Of a DNA stretch of 64,000 nucleotides, positions 29,482 to 39,470 are shown piece after piece; position 1 is the first letter of the stretch; each line of letters opens with the position of its first letter. Position numbers and translations under genes: made by a program. The notes beneath the pieces are model-generated. The model saw nothing but the letters and a program-made list of their open reading frames with translations, did no database searches and had not been told where the DNA came from. The DNA comes from Patescibacteria group bacterium (GTDB lineage Bacteria; Patescibacteriota; Microgenomatia; 0-14-0-10-38-17), in contig JBMNNJ010000001.1 of assembly GCA_050953885.1 (NCBI GenBank), positions 335,437-399,436 of the forward strand, read 5' to 3'.

Positions 29482-29919
29482 TCACCATCTAGTGAGATAA
29501 GTCACCACTTCCTCCCGATGCTCGCCTTGACTGTCGGTCCAAGAAGTGGTCAGCGTAAACTTAATCTTATCTTGGCTTTCTTTAACAACATTAACCTGTC
29601 GCTTAAAAGTACTGTCAATCAACTCATTGGAATTACACCCTCGGTGGCGACCAAGATCAAGATTGTTAAGGCAATAAACACCGTCTGCAAGTTTATTCCA
29701 AAATTCTGACCAGCCCTTAGCCCGTTCCGAACGCAGCCATTCGGTGGCTTGGCGATTTAATTCCATCGCCCGCGCCCGGGTGCGGGAATACTGAATATTA
29801 CGCACCGCCACGGTAGCCCCCGCCACCAAAGCCACCAAAATAAGCATGGCAATGGCGGTGGTTACCACCACCTCTACCAACGACTGGCCGGAGGAAGAAG
29901 AGTTAGTATTAAGTATCAT
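29482..29919 (-). CDS. Minor pilin (PilV-like)
   Basis: MILNTNSSSSG|QSLVEVVV. Confidence 0.8.
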   Translation of the reverse strand: MILNTNSSSSGQSLVEVVVTTAIAMLILVALVAGATVAVRNIQYSRTRARAMELNRQATEWLRSERAKGWSEFWNKLADGVYCLNNLDLGRHRGCNSNELIDSTFKRQVNVVKESQDKIKFTLTTSWTDSQGEHREEVVTYLTRW

Positions 29920-30298
29920 GTATTAAATAAAATTCAAAATTCAAAAGTTAAAAGTCAAAAGTACAAGTTAAAATTCAAAAATAATAAATAAACTCAAATC
30001 TTAAATGTCAAAACTCAAAACTACAACTCAATCCGCCAGCTGGCGGATCAAATCTAAAAAAACAACTTTAAACTTTAAAAAAGTTTTAACATTTGCCATG
30101 TAGATTTAACATTTGACATTTGCGTTTTGAGATTTTTTGATTCTGACTTTCGTCAGAATGACGAACCGCCTCATCCATTACACATTACTAGTTACGGCGC
30201 CAGTCATTCGCTCATTCGCATCCATTCGTTTCTCATTCGCGTTAATTCACGTCTCCCAGCAATAACAATTTAACAGTTTAGCAAGCAATATATTCTTC

Positions 30299-30769
30299 TC
30301 ACTCTATCTCCCCATTTTTCCTAATAGTTACCGTTTTGGGAGGACGACTGCCTAAATTTAGACTAATAGTAACTTCTTCAACCGATAAGTTTGTTGCCCC
30401 TGTCAAGGGAGCAAAAATAAAGCTGCTTGGATTTGGCACAGAACCGCTCACTCCTGAAGGGTAAGAATAGGTTTGGGGTGAGCCTACCAAAGAACCGCCG
30501 CATTTTTCTTGAATAAAATACCTATCACTCGCAAAACTAACTTGATAACCACCAGCGGGACCGTCACAGCTTTTTTTTACCGCCATCGCCCAACTGCGGG
30601 CCAAACGAAGATTGTTTTTTAAATCCTGGGCGGCCGCGTCCAAGGTTTGCTGTTGGTTAAAAGTTTGCCAGGAGGCCAGGCCAAAACCAGCCAAAAGCAG
30701 GATAATACTGGTGGTTACCAAAAGCTCGATGAGGGTAAAAGCAGGTTTATATTTCGTATTTAGTATCAT
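30299..30769 (-). CDS. Minor pilin (FimT/GspH-like)
   Basis: MILNTKYKPA|FTLIELLV; LDAAAQDLKNNLRLAR. Confidence 0.85.
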   Translation of the reverse strand: MILNTKYKPAFTLIELLVTTSIILLLAGFGLASWQTFNQQQTLDAAAQDLKNNLRLARSWAMAVKKSCDGPAGGYQVSFASDRYFIQEKCGGSLVGSPQTYSYPSGVSGSVPNPSSFIFAPLTGATNLSVEEVTISLNLGSRPPKTVTIRKNGEIE

Positions 30770-31073
30770 GTATCAAATAAAATTCAAAATTTAAAATTCA
30801 AAAGTTAAAAGTCAAAGATAATAAGTAAACTCAAATGTTAAATCGCAAAACTCAAAACGACAACTCAAAACTAAAATCTAAAAAGCAACCTTAAGCTTTA
30901 AAAAGTTTTAACATTTGCCATGTAGATTTGACATTTGCCATTTGCGTTTTGAGTTTACTTTTCGCGTCCATTCGTTTTCCATTCGCGTCCATTCGCGTAT
31001 TTCATTTCATGGTAGCGAAATTAAGAAGAATTTGCAAGCAAGACAACAACAATCAAGATAAAGTAGGGGAGGA

Positions 31074-31511
31074 TTATGGTGATTTTAAGCCGTACTCATG
31101 ACCCGAGTAAGGAGTACAAGAATCAGTTGGATTACTGGCTTCCATATCTGACGATAGACAATACCCATAATAATGCCCCCCCGAGAGATTGGTGGCTTTA
31201 TAATAATAAACTTCCCCTGTTTTGGGAGGGGAAGGAATCGGAGAAATATAGTTAGCTAAAGGTGTCCCTAAGTTAGAAGTATTAGTCCAATTACCATTAC
31301 CGGTGTTGGGATACCAGTTATTATCCGCTTTATACATCTCCAGCGCCGCCCGAATTTGTTCCAAATCCGCTTTTCTTTTAGCATCCCGGGCCTGACGATT
31401 GGCCGCCTGATAGGAAACCACACCAATGGAGGTTAAAAGAGCAATAATCGTTGCCGCCACCAAAACTTCGATGAGGGTAAAACCGGGTTTGTGTTTAGTA
31501 TTTGGTACCAT
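31074..31511 (-). CDS. GspG-like pilin
   Basis: G|FTLIEVLV; ARDAKRKADLEQIRAALEMY. Confidence 0.9.
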   Translation of the reverse strand: MVPNTKHKPGFTLIEVLVAATIIALLTSIGVVSYQAANRQARDAKRKADLEQIRAALEMYKADNNWYPNTGNGNWTNTSNLGTPLANYISPIPSPPKTGEVYYYKATNLSGGHYYGYCLSSDMEASNPTDSCTPYSGHEYGLKSP

Positions 31512-31641
31512 AAAAGACGCGAATGAGCGAATGATTGGTAAAGCACACCGGATTAAACAGGATGTTTACGGATGAAACAGGATAAAAAATCCTCTTATTA
31601 AATCCCGCCCTAAATCCTATTATATCCCGTGTGCTTTTTTC

Positions 31642-32067
31642 CTACTGTAAATTCTTAACACAAAAATAATCTTTTGGCGAACCGGCAAAATTACAATTTG
31701 CCGCTGAATTACCACCCCCCGACTCTAAGCGAGCACAAAAACAGTAACTAGTGGAGCTGCAAGAAGAACTATAAACGTAAGGGCTAACATTTTTAGGATC
31801 AGTGGGAATAGAAAAACTATTATCGGATTGAATTGGCAAAGGATTAGGACACGGAGAACCAGGATAAGAACCGCTATGTGCCGCATAATATTGCTCAAAA
31901 GCGTTTTGGATTGCCTTCATGTCGCCCTGCCTCTTGGAATCCCGGGCCCTTTTTTGGGCGGTGGAGTAGGAAACCGTGCCCATCGCCACTAAAATGCCAA
32001 TAATGGCAATAACAATCAAAAGCTCTAAAAGGGTGAAGCCACGACGGTCTTTAGTATTTGGGATCAT
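31642..32067 (-). CDS. GspG-like pilin
   Basis: G|FTLLELLIVIAIIG; ARDSKRQGDMKAIQNAFEQY. Confidence 0.9.
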   Translation of the reverse strand: MIPNTKDRRGFTLLELLIVIAIIGILVAMGTVSYSTAQKRARDSKRQGDMKAIQNAFEQYYAAHSGSYPGSPCPNPLPIQSDNSFSIPTDPKNVSPYVYSSSCSSTSYCFCARLESGGGNSAANCNFAGSPKDYFCVKNLQ

Positions 32068-32418
32068 GTGTTAATAAAATTCAAAATTCAAAAGGCAAAA
32101 GTCAAAATTGCAAGTTAAAATTCACTTCGCCAGCTCGCGGATTCGTCAGGATGACAACCACAATTAGCGTCATTCTGAACTTGATTCAGAATCAGTTAGA
32201 TCCTGACTTTCGTCAGGATGACAGCTACAGGGATGATTCTGCCCGCCAACCGGCGGATAAAATTCAAAAATAAAGCAAAAAAACTTTTAACTTTTTACTT
32301 GTCCGCCAGCTGGCGGATTGAATTTTAACTTTTAACTTTTGAATTTTTCTATACTTAATATTATTTTTAATCCCTTTCCCTTTTTTAACTATACCTCATC
32401 CTTTCTCCAAAAAGCAAG

Positions 32419-32931
32419 TCATGGTTCCGTGCGCATAATACCCACATCATTAGGGCAATCCACCCCTAAATTTGCCTCCACTACCGCATCAGGATCGGAT
32501 TTGTTTTCCAAACAAGCAACCAGTTTATAAGTCAAGTTATCACCGGCAACTCGGGGTTTAACTAAAACATAACGCCAACCGACACTTCCTGTTTGAGGAT
32601 CACAAGGAAATTTAGGCATATAAATTGTTCCCTTCGCTGACTGCCAAGAAGCATTACAATCTACCGGTTTACAAAAAGAATCACAAGTTACTGGTCGAAA
32701 AGGGTCGCCGCCAGTCGGATAAGCCGGCGGTGATTGGTCCATTTTGTAAAGTTCTAAAGCTTTCTGGATTTGCTCCAAATCCGATTTTCTTTGCGCGTCG
32801 CGCGCCCGCTCCCGGGCGCTCATATAATTGGGCAAAATCAAGCCCGCCAAAAGGCCGATGATCACCATCACCACCAAAAGCTCAATAAGAGTAAAACCAA
32901 ATTTCATTGTTTCATTGTTATATTGTTTCAT
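32419..32931 (-). CDS. GspG-like pilin
   Basis: G|FTLIELLVVMVIIG; ARDAQRKSDLEQIQKALELY. Confidence 0.9.
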   Translation of the reverse strand: MKQYNNETMKFGFTLIELLVVMVIIGLLAGLILPNYMSARERARDAQRKSDLEQIQKALELYKMDQSPPAYPTGGDPFRPVTCDSFCKPVDCNASWQSAKGTIYMPKFPCDPQTGSVGWRYVLVKPRVAGDNLTYKLVACLENKSDPDAVVEANLGVDCPNDVGIMRTEP

Positions 32932-33144
32932 TATTGGGAGATAAATAATGCGTAATAAACAAACTCAAAACTCAAATGTTAAATCGCAAAACTCAAAACT
33001 ACAACTCAAAACTCAAATCTGAAAAACACTTTTAAGCTCTAAGAAAGATTTAAGATTTGACATGTAGTTTTGCCATTTACCATTTGCGTTTTGAGTTTAT
33101 TTTTCGTGTCCATTCGTTTTCCCTTCGCGTTAATTCGCGTCTTT

Positions 33145-33660
33145 TTAATCGCAACTCGTGTTCGCGCTGGCCAGACAATAATTACATTTTGTCGGCCCGC
33201 AATTAGTGCCAAAATAGCCTCCCTCTTTGCAAGCTCCCCCGGGCAAAAAACAACTATCATTCTCATGCTCAATCCAAGCATAAAGCTTAAAGTTGGTGCC
33301 GTCTGACATATAAAAATAGTGGGCATTATCCGCCGGATCCTTGGGGAGTTGTTTCATATAAGTAGTTTTCCCGTCAGTAAATTCTCCTCCCCAATAAATA
33401 GTCGCCACCCCGGGAATCATAATATTGCCCTCATTTCCACCGGTGCTTAAAGGATATTGCTTGTGATCATTATAATACATTTCTAACGCCCGCGCTATTG
33501 ACGCTAAACTCTCTTTTCTTTGCGTATCTCGACCTCGTTTTTGGGCGGTAAAAAATTGCCCCAAGCCCACACTTGCCAAAATTCCCAAAATCGCCACCAC
33601 CACGAGGAGCTCGATCAGGGTAAAACCAAATTTCATTGTTTTATTGCTATATTGTTTCAT
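33145..33660 (-). CDS. GspG-like pilin
   Basis: G|FTLIELLVVVAILG; GRDTQRKESLASIARALEMY; LPKDP. Confidence 0.9.
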   Translation of the reverse strand: MKQYSNKTMKFGFTLIELLVVVAILGILASVGLGQFFTAQKRGRDTQRKESLASIARALEMYYNDHKQYPLSTGGNEGNIMIPGVATIYWGGEFTDGKTTYMKQLPKDPADNAHYFYMSDGTNFKLYAWIEHENDSCFLPGGACKEGGYFGTNCGPTKCNYCLASANTSCD

Positions 33661-33762
33661 TATTAAAAATTGCAATAAATTTGTCTACCTCTCCTTTGTA
33701 GGGGGCACACCTTCCTGGCCGAAACCAAACGGGTTAGAAAATCAAAACCCCCTGCTAACCAA

Positions 33763-34470
33763 TTACTTACACTGCGAGCACCTGTCTTTGCATTGCGGAT
33801 GGCCACAATCAGGACACTCGCAACCGCAACAGGGATCATTGCAATAACAGCGACTACTCTCATAGTTTCCCTCGCATTGCTTATTAGGTTCAGGGCAACA
33901 CTCTTCTGCTCTTTCCCCCACAACATTACAACCGCTAGCCTGACAAGCTGTCCACGAAGTACAAAAAGTCTTCGCGCTTTCTAAAGGCTTATTGGGGCTG
34001 GAAACACCATAGTTAAAGGGAAAATTATAGGGAAAACCCGTTTGCCCTTCTTTTACCGGCCCGCACCCCCACAAGCAACCCACGACGGCAATGGCAGGGT
34101 CTTTTTCCCACTTAAGAGTAGTGTAAATCCGGTAATATTTAGGACAGTTCGAATCCTCCGGGTCATAAAAATAGCTTTGGCCAGTAGCCGGATCGCAGGG
34201 AATCGTTCCCAAATACGGCCTTAAGTCGCCGGCTTTACTTGCCTCACAAGAAACCTCCGTCGGATAGCATCCTTTATCATTATAATAATCTTCCAAAGCA
34301 ATTGCCAGCCGGTCAAGGTCCGACTTTTGTCGGGAATTAGTCGCCTGATCTCTTTTTTCTAAAGGATTAAAAAAATTTAAAAGAATCACCGCCAAAAGGC
34401 CGATAATTGTGATCACAATCAACACTTCAATCCAGGTTAAGCCCTGTTGGTATTTAGTATCATGTATCAT
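33763..34470 (-). CDS. GspG-like pilin with Cys-rich C-terminal extension
   Basis: G|LTWIEVLIVI; KSDLDRLAIALEDYY; 16 Cys in the last ~67 aa. Confidence 0.85.
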   Translation of the reverse strand: MIHDTKYQQGLTWIEVLIVITIIGLLAVILLNFFNPLEKRDQATNSRQKSDLDRLAIALEDYYNDKGCYPTEVSCEASKAGDLRPYLGTIPCDPATGQSYFYDPEDSNCPKYYRIYTTLKWEKDPAIAVVGCLWGCGPVKEGQTGFPYNFPFNYGVSSPNKPLESAKTFCTSWTACQASGCNVVGERAEECCPEPNKQCEGNYESSRCYCNDPCCGCECPDCGHPQCKDRCSQCK

Positions 34471-34772
34471 GTATCAAATAAAATTCAAAAGGCAAAAGTA
34501 AAATGTAAAAAGTTAGTAACTCGTGAGAAAACAAGATTAAAGCGCAAAGAGTAAAGTGCAAAACCAAGCTCAAAAACCAAAACCAAAAGTTAAAAATATT
34601 TTTGAGCTTTGATTTAGGTTCTAATCTTTGCGCTTTGCTTTTTGCGCTTTTTTATTACATATTACGGATTACTGATTTTGAATTTTACATTTTTTTGCCT
34701 TTTGAATTATTTTTGCGCCAGTCATTCGCTCATTCGCGTCCATTCGCTTTTATTCGTGTTAATTCGCGTTTT

Positions 34773-35621
34773 TTAATAAAATAATGTCCTTGCCGCCTCC
34801 CAAATCCCTTCTCCAAAAAACCATACCACAAAAGTTGCCCCCACCAAAAACGGCCCAAAGGCAATTTGGCTCCTCCTCTCGGCTTTCTTTACTAAAATCA
34901 GTATGACACCAACTAAAGCCCCTGTCAAGAAAGCCAAGTATAAGGCGATAATTATCTTCGGATATCCTAATAAAAGCCCCATTAAGAAAGCTAGTTTCAC
35001 ATCCCCAAGACCCATAGTATCCTGATGGAAAATCTTGGGGCCCAAAGCGTAAAGCAGATAAAAAAAGGCGGCAGAAAGGAAAGCGGAGAAAAAGTAATTC
35101 GTAATAGGTAATGCGTAATGCGTAATAGGCAAGACGTTAGGCATAAAAAAGCAAAAAAGATGGTAGAGAAGGGTAGCGCCAATGGCCAAATAGACAATAG
35201 AATCGTAAATTAAATGATATTTAAGATCGGAAAAAAAGATAACAATAAGAAGCGATATCGTCATATAGCCATATAGCCATATAGCCATATTTATCATTGA
35301 TAAATTATTGCTGGTTAATCCAAAAATATAAGTAGCTAAAACAAACAATAAGCCTGTTGTTACCTCCACCACCGGTAGCCAAAAGGGGATAGGGGAGCGG
35401 CAATAACGGCAGCGGCCACCTAACCTAATATAAGACCAAAGGGGAATTAAGTCATTCCAAACCAGTTTATGATTGCACTTTTCACAATGAGAACTCCCCC
35501 AAAAAACCGTTTCCCCCCGCGCCGGCCGGTCAATTAAAACATTCAAAAACGAGCCGATAAAAGTGCCGAAAAAAAAGATGAGAAGGTAGAAAAGAAGCAT
35601 TGCTAAATTGCTAAAATGCAC
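34773..35621 (-). CDS. pilD: Prepilin peptidase/N-methyltransferase
   Basis: GSFLNVLIDR; SHCEKC..DLIP..GRCRYC; SDLKY; MGLGDVKL; IAFGPFL. Confidence 0.95.
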   Translation of the reverse strand: MHFSNLAMLLFYLLIFFFGTFIGSFLNVLIDRPARGETVFWGSSHCEKCNHKLVWNDLIPLWSYIRLGGRCRYCRSPIPFWLPVVEVTTGLLFVLATYIFGLTSNNLSMINMAIWLYGYMTISLLIVIFFSDLKYHLIYDSIVYLAIGATLLYHLFCFFMPNVLPITHYALPITNYFFSAFLSAAFFYLLYALGPKIFHQDTMGLGDVKLAFLMGLLLGYPKIIIALYLAFLTGALVGVILILVKKAERRSQIAFGPFLVGATFVVWFFGEGIWEAARTLFY

Positions 35622-35736
35622 AAATTAACACTAATGAAAACGAATGGACGCGAATGAGCGAATAAGAATGAAATGTGGGGGCAAAACTATGTTTTCGTCC
35701 CCGCGGACAAGATAATATATTTTTTGGCCTAATTTT

Positions 35737-35790
35737 GTAGGGGCGTATTGCAATACGCCCCCCTCGGGCGCCTACAAGAAACACCCCTAC
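35737..35790. repeat. GTAG-type REP hairpin (GTAGGGGCGTATTGCAATACGCCCC)
   Basis: Relatives at ~49775, 53359, 56120 and 59300, which start GTAG or end CCCCTAC. Confidence 0.7.
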
Positions 35791-35897
35791 AACACGCGCT
35801 TTTCTTGGCGCAAACTAAAGTTCGCTCCTCCACTTTTAGAAAATCACCCACTTTCGGCACAAAAACTCCCTTCACTAAATCCCAACCCAAAATATCC

Positions 35898-36488
35898 TTA
35901 TGGCAAACAAGAATAACAACCGTCGGGAGTTGCACCCAAGTCATCATTAGTGCAGTCACCCGGACAAGCCTCGGTGACAGGAAAATCAGCCGGTAATTCG
36001 CCAAAATCTCCCTGGCCAGAACAACGGTACCAAGCATCATCTTTAAATGATGAAGATTTAGGAATAAAACAAGCGTAAGTGCTACTCCCCTGTTTGCCAT
36101 CATTATAAATCCAAAGATGGTTATAACCTTCCGCATCAATCCTGCTCACAAACGACTCTTTAATTTCCGCTGCTCCCCCTGACGATAATTTACCCAAAAC
36201 AGAATCATCTCCGCCGTTTTCAATCCAGTCGGCACGTACTTCTGTAAAAGGCAATGTCGGATCTGATATGGTAGGATCTGCCGATGTTTGCCAAGGATAA
36301 AATCCTTTTGTCGCATAATAACGATCAACGGCATTAATTAATTGCTCGGCATCGGAACGAGTTGAGGTGTCACGTGAGCGATTCATTTGTTCCACTGGGT
36401 TAATCGCCGATAAAACCGCCACTGCTAAGATTCCCAAGAGGGTAATAACGATTAAAAGCTCAATTAAGGTAAAACCTTTATTTTTCAT
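35898..36488 (-). CDS. Type IV pilin (probable major pilin)
   Basis: MKNKG|FTLIELLIVI; strong AAGGAGGTGA SD; INPVEQMNRSRD. Confidence 0.88.
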   Translation of the reverse strand: MKNKGFTLIELLIVITLLGILAVAVLSAINPVEQMNRSRDTSTRSDAEQLINAVDRYYATKGFYPWQTSADPTISDPTLPFTEVRADWIENGGDDSVLGKLSSGGAAEIKESFVSRIDAEGYNHLWIYNDGKQGSSTYACFIPKSSSFKDDAWYRCSGQGDFGELPADFPVTEACPGDCTNDDLGATPDGCYSCLP

Positions 36489-36609
36489 TTTTCCTCACCT
36501 CCTTTTCTTAGTAAAATTCCAAATTGCAAATAACAAATTACAAAAAAATAATTCGCTCATTCGCGTCTATTCGTTTCTCATTCGTGTCAATTCGCGTCTT
36601 TCAGTAATT

Positions 36610-37821
36610 TTAAAATTGAGAAGTAAGGTTATATATCGGCATAATCACTGCGATTACCAAAAACCCCACTCCCAACCCTAATATAATCATAATAATCGGC
36701 TCGATGGCCGCTGTCAAGCCCTTAATCGCCGCCTCAGTTTCACTTTTAAAATAGGTGGCCACTTTTGCCAGCGCCTCGTCTAAATTACCGGTGCCTTCTC
36801 CCACCGCCACCATCTGATAAAAAATAGGGGGAATTATTTCTCCCGAAAGTGAAAGCATTTCGGAAAGAGAACGGCCTTTTTCCACCCCTCGCGCCGCCGC
36901 TTTAATTGTCTCCCGAAAAAGGCTGTTGTTCGCCACGCCGGCGACAATATCCAAGGCTTCAACCAAGGGAAGACCGGTTTCCACCAATAAACTTAAGGTA
37001 CGAGCGATATTGGTTAAATTGGTTTTCTCCTGCAAAGGGCCAACTATTGGCAGTTTTAAAATCAAGCGATCTATTTGCTTGGCCCCTTCCGGCGTGCGTC
37101 GAAAGGCAATAAAACCATATACTGCCACTGCCAAAATTATCAAAACTATCCACCAAAAACGCACCATCGCCCCGGAAATAGCCATTAAAATCTTCGTTGG
37201 CGTGGGCAAATCCGCCCCCAGCTCACTGTAAAGCGAGGTCATCTGGGGAATAACCGCCACCATCATAATAATCGCCACCACCACCATCGCCACAATAACA
37301 ATCACCGGATAAATCATCGCCCCCTTAATATTGCCACGAAAGTTCTTCTCCTCCTCCATATCCTCAGCCAAACGAAGTAAAACTTTATCCAAAACCCCGG
37401 CCGCCTCTCCTGATTTAACCGAGGCAATATAGGCTTGGTTAAAAATGTGCGGGTAACCGGCCAAGGCTTCACCCAAACTCATCCCCCCCTCAACTTTTCG
37501 CAAAATTTCCTCCACCGTGGGTGCAAATTTCGGACTCACTTGCTCTTTAAGGGAAAAAAGAGCGTCGTTTATCGGCAGGCCAGCATTAACCATGGTGGAA
37601 AGCTGGCGGGTAAAAACCACCACCTCATCGGCAGAAACCTTGCCTTTTTTACCAAAAGATAAATTCTGCAGGTCAATCTTCATCCCTCCCCCCTCCCGCA
37701 GATCAATCACAAAAAACCCTCTTTCCTTAAGTAGAGAAAGGGCTTTTTCTTTGGTAGCCGCCTCCACTGTTCCCTCCACCGTTCGGCCGCCAGCGTCTTT
37801 GGCTTTATAAGAAAACTCCAT
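36610..37821 (-). CDS. pilC: Type IV pilus inner membrane platform protein PilC/GspF
   Basis: FTRQLSTMVNAGLP; GEAAGVLD; AMIYP; VGEGTGNLD; IEPII. Confidence 0.95.
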   Translation of the reverse strand: MEFSYKAKDAGGRTVEGTVEAATKEKALSLLKERGFFVIDLREGGGMKIDLQNLSFGKKGKVSADEVVVFTRQLSTMVNAGLPINDALFSLKEQVSPKFAPTVEEILRKVEGGMSLGEALAGYPHIFNQAYIASVKSGEAAGVLDKVLLRLAEDMEEEKNFRGNIKGAMIYPVIVIVAMVVVAIIMMVAVIPQMTSLYSELGADLPTPTKILMAISGAMVRFWWIVLIILAVAVYGFIAFRRTPEGAKQIDRLILKLPIVGPLQEKTNLTNIARTLSLLVETGLPLVEALDIVAGVANNSLFRETIKAAARGVEKGRSLSEMLSLSGEIIPPIFYQMVAVGEGTGNLDEALAKVATYFKSETEAAIKGLTAAIEPIIMIILGLGVGFLVIAVIMPIYNLTSQF

Positions 37822-38182
37822 AATTAATATAGAAAGATTATCGTCGCAACAAAAGTCAAAATCAAAATCGTTAAAAGTCTAAATTTAAGAGCTAAAATTC
37901 AAAATGTAATCCACCAGCTGGCGGACAAAATTATTCCTGTAACCGTCCCGTAACCGTCATTCCTGAATTAAATTCAGGACAGGCTCTGACGAATCCGCCA
38001 GCTGGCGGACAGAATCTGCGTTCTTTAAACATTAATAACGATTCTGAATCAAGTTCAGAATGACGCTAATCATGGCCGTCATTCTGACAAATCCACCAGC
38101 TAACGGACAAAAGTTAAAAGTTTTTTACTCTACTTTTGAATTTTGACTTGTACTTTTGACTTTTGCATTTTGACTTTTAACT

Positions 38183-39253
38183 TTATCGCCCTACCTGCCT
38201 CATTAATTCCCGGGGTCGTAAAGCATAAGCCTGGGCTGTTTCCAAACTCACTTTCCCCTCGTTAACCAATTTCGCCAACGAGGTTTCTAAATTAACCATT
38301 CCCGCTTCCTGCGAGGTTTGAATAACATTATCAATCAAATGGCTTTTGCCTTCCCGAATAGCCGTTTTAATCGCCACGCTCCCCGTCATTACCTCGCAAA
38401 CCGGCAAGCGCCCTCCTCCCAAGGCCGGCACCAAACGCTGGGAAATCACTCCCTCCAACACCTGGCTAAACTGGGTTCTCACCTGTTCCTTCGCCCCCTC
38501 TGGAAAAATATCCACAATCCGGTCCACCGTTTGCGCCGCCGAGTTGGTATGAAGAGTTGAGAAAACCAAATGGCCGGTTTCGGCAATGGTGAGGGCGGCG
38601 GCAATCGTTTCCAAATCCCGCATTTCCCCCACAAAAACCACATTCGGATCTTCCCGCAAACAGGAACGCAGGGCCAAATCCCAAGAATGGGTATCGCGGT
38701 TAATTTCGCGTTGGGAGATAATTGCCTCTTTGGGCTCAAAGGTAAACTCCACCGGATCCTCCACCGTTACAATGTGGCATTTCTTCTTTTGATTAATCTC
38801 CTCAAGCATCGCCGCAATCGTGGTTGATTTACCATGACCGGTAGGGCCGGTAACTAAAACAAAGCCTTGTTTAATTTTAATAAAATCGTGACAAATAGAA
38901 GGCAAGGAAAGTTCGTCTATCTTCTTAATTGCCTTGGGAATAACCCTTAAAGAAGCCGCCAAAGTGCCTTTTTGATGATAAGCATTAATCCGGAACCTTG
39001 CCTCACCGGGTAAATCAAAGGAAAAATCCAGCTCTAAATTGGTATTGATTATTTCTTTTTGCTCCTCGGTACAAATTGAAAAAACCATTTCCTCAATTTC
39101 CTGCGGCAGGAGATTTTTCTCGTCCGGGAGTAAAAAAAGTTCACCATCAATACGCACCGTTGGCGGCAAATTAGCCAAAAGATGCAAATCGGAGGCCTCC
39201 CTTTTTAAGGCCTGATCTAAAAATCGTTTAAGTTTGGGAGTGGGTTGGATCAT
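38183..39253 (-). CDS. pilT: Twitching motility retraction ATPase PilT
   Basis: ASDLHL; VTGPTGHGKSTT; LREDPNVVFVGEMRD; AETGHLVFSTLHT; AIREGK. Confidence 0.96.
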   Translation of the reverse strand: MIQPTPKLKRFLDQALKREASDLHLLANLPPTVRIDGELFLLPDEKNLLPQEIEEMVFSICTEEQKEIINTNLELDFSFDLPGEARFRINAYHQKGTLAASLRVIPKAIKKIDELSLPSICHDFIKIKQGFVLVTGPTGHGKSTTIAAMLEEINQKKKCHIVTVEDPVEFTFEPKEAIISQREINRDTHSWDLALRSCLREDPNVVFVGEMRDLETIAAALTIAETGHLVFSTLHTNSAAQTVDRIVDIFPEGAKEQVRTQFSQVLEGVISQRLVPALGGGRLPVCEVMTGSVAIKTAIREGKSHLIDNVIQTSQEAGMVNLETSLAKLVNEGKVSLETAQAYALRPRELMRQVGR

Positions 39254-39470
39254 TTTGTTAATATACGCGAATTAACACGAATAAAAGCGAATGGACGCGA
39301 ATGAACGAATAGATGGTGCAAAAATAATTTAAAAGCAAAAGTCAATCCGCCAGCTGGCGGATCAAAATTGCAAGTCAAAAGTTAATCCGCCAACTGGCGG
39401 ATTGAATTTTGACTTGTACTTTTGACTTTTAAATTTTAACTTTTGAATTTCATTTATACTTGATGCTTTT

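Noticed and set aside
28740-36488. Diversity-generating retroelement acting on pilins
   Set aside because: No reverse transcriptase or Avd gene in the window, and no TR/VR pair differing only at adenines was seen
28740-39470. CRISPR array or integron cassette array among the pilin-flanking repeats
   Set aside because: No constant repeat with regular unique spacers and no cas genes. No consistent attC RYYYAAC/GTTRRRY ends, and the tyrosine recombinase is Xer-sized with no evident IntI-specific insertion.
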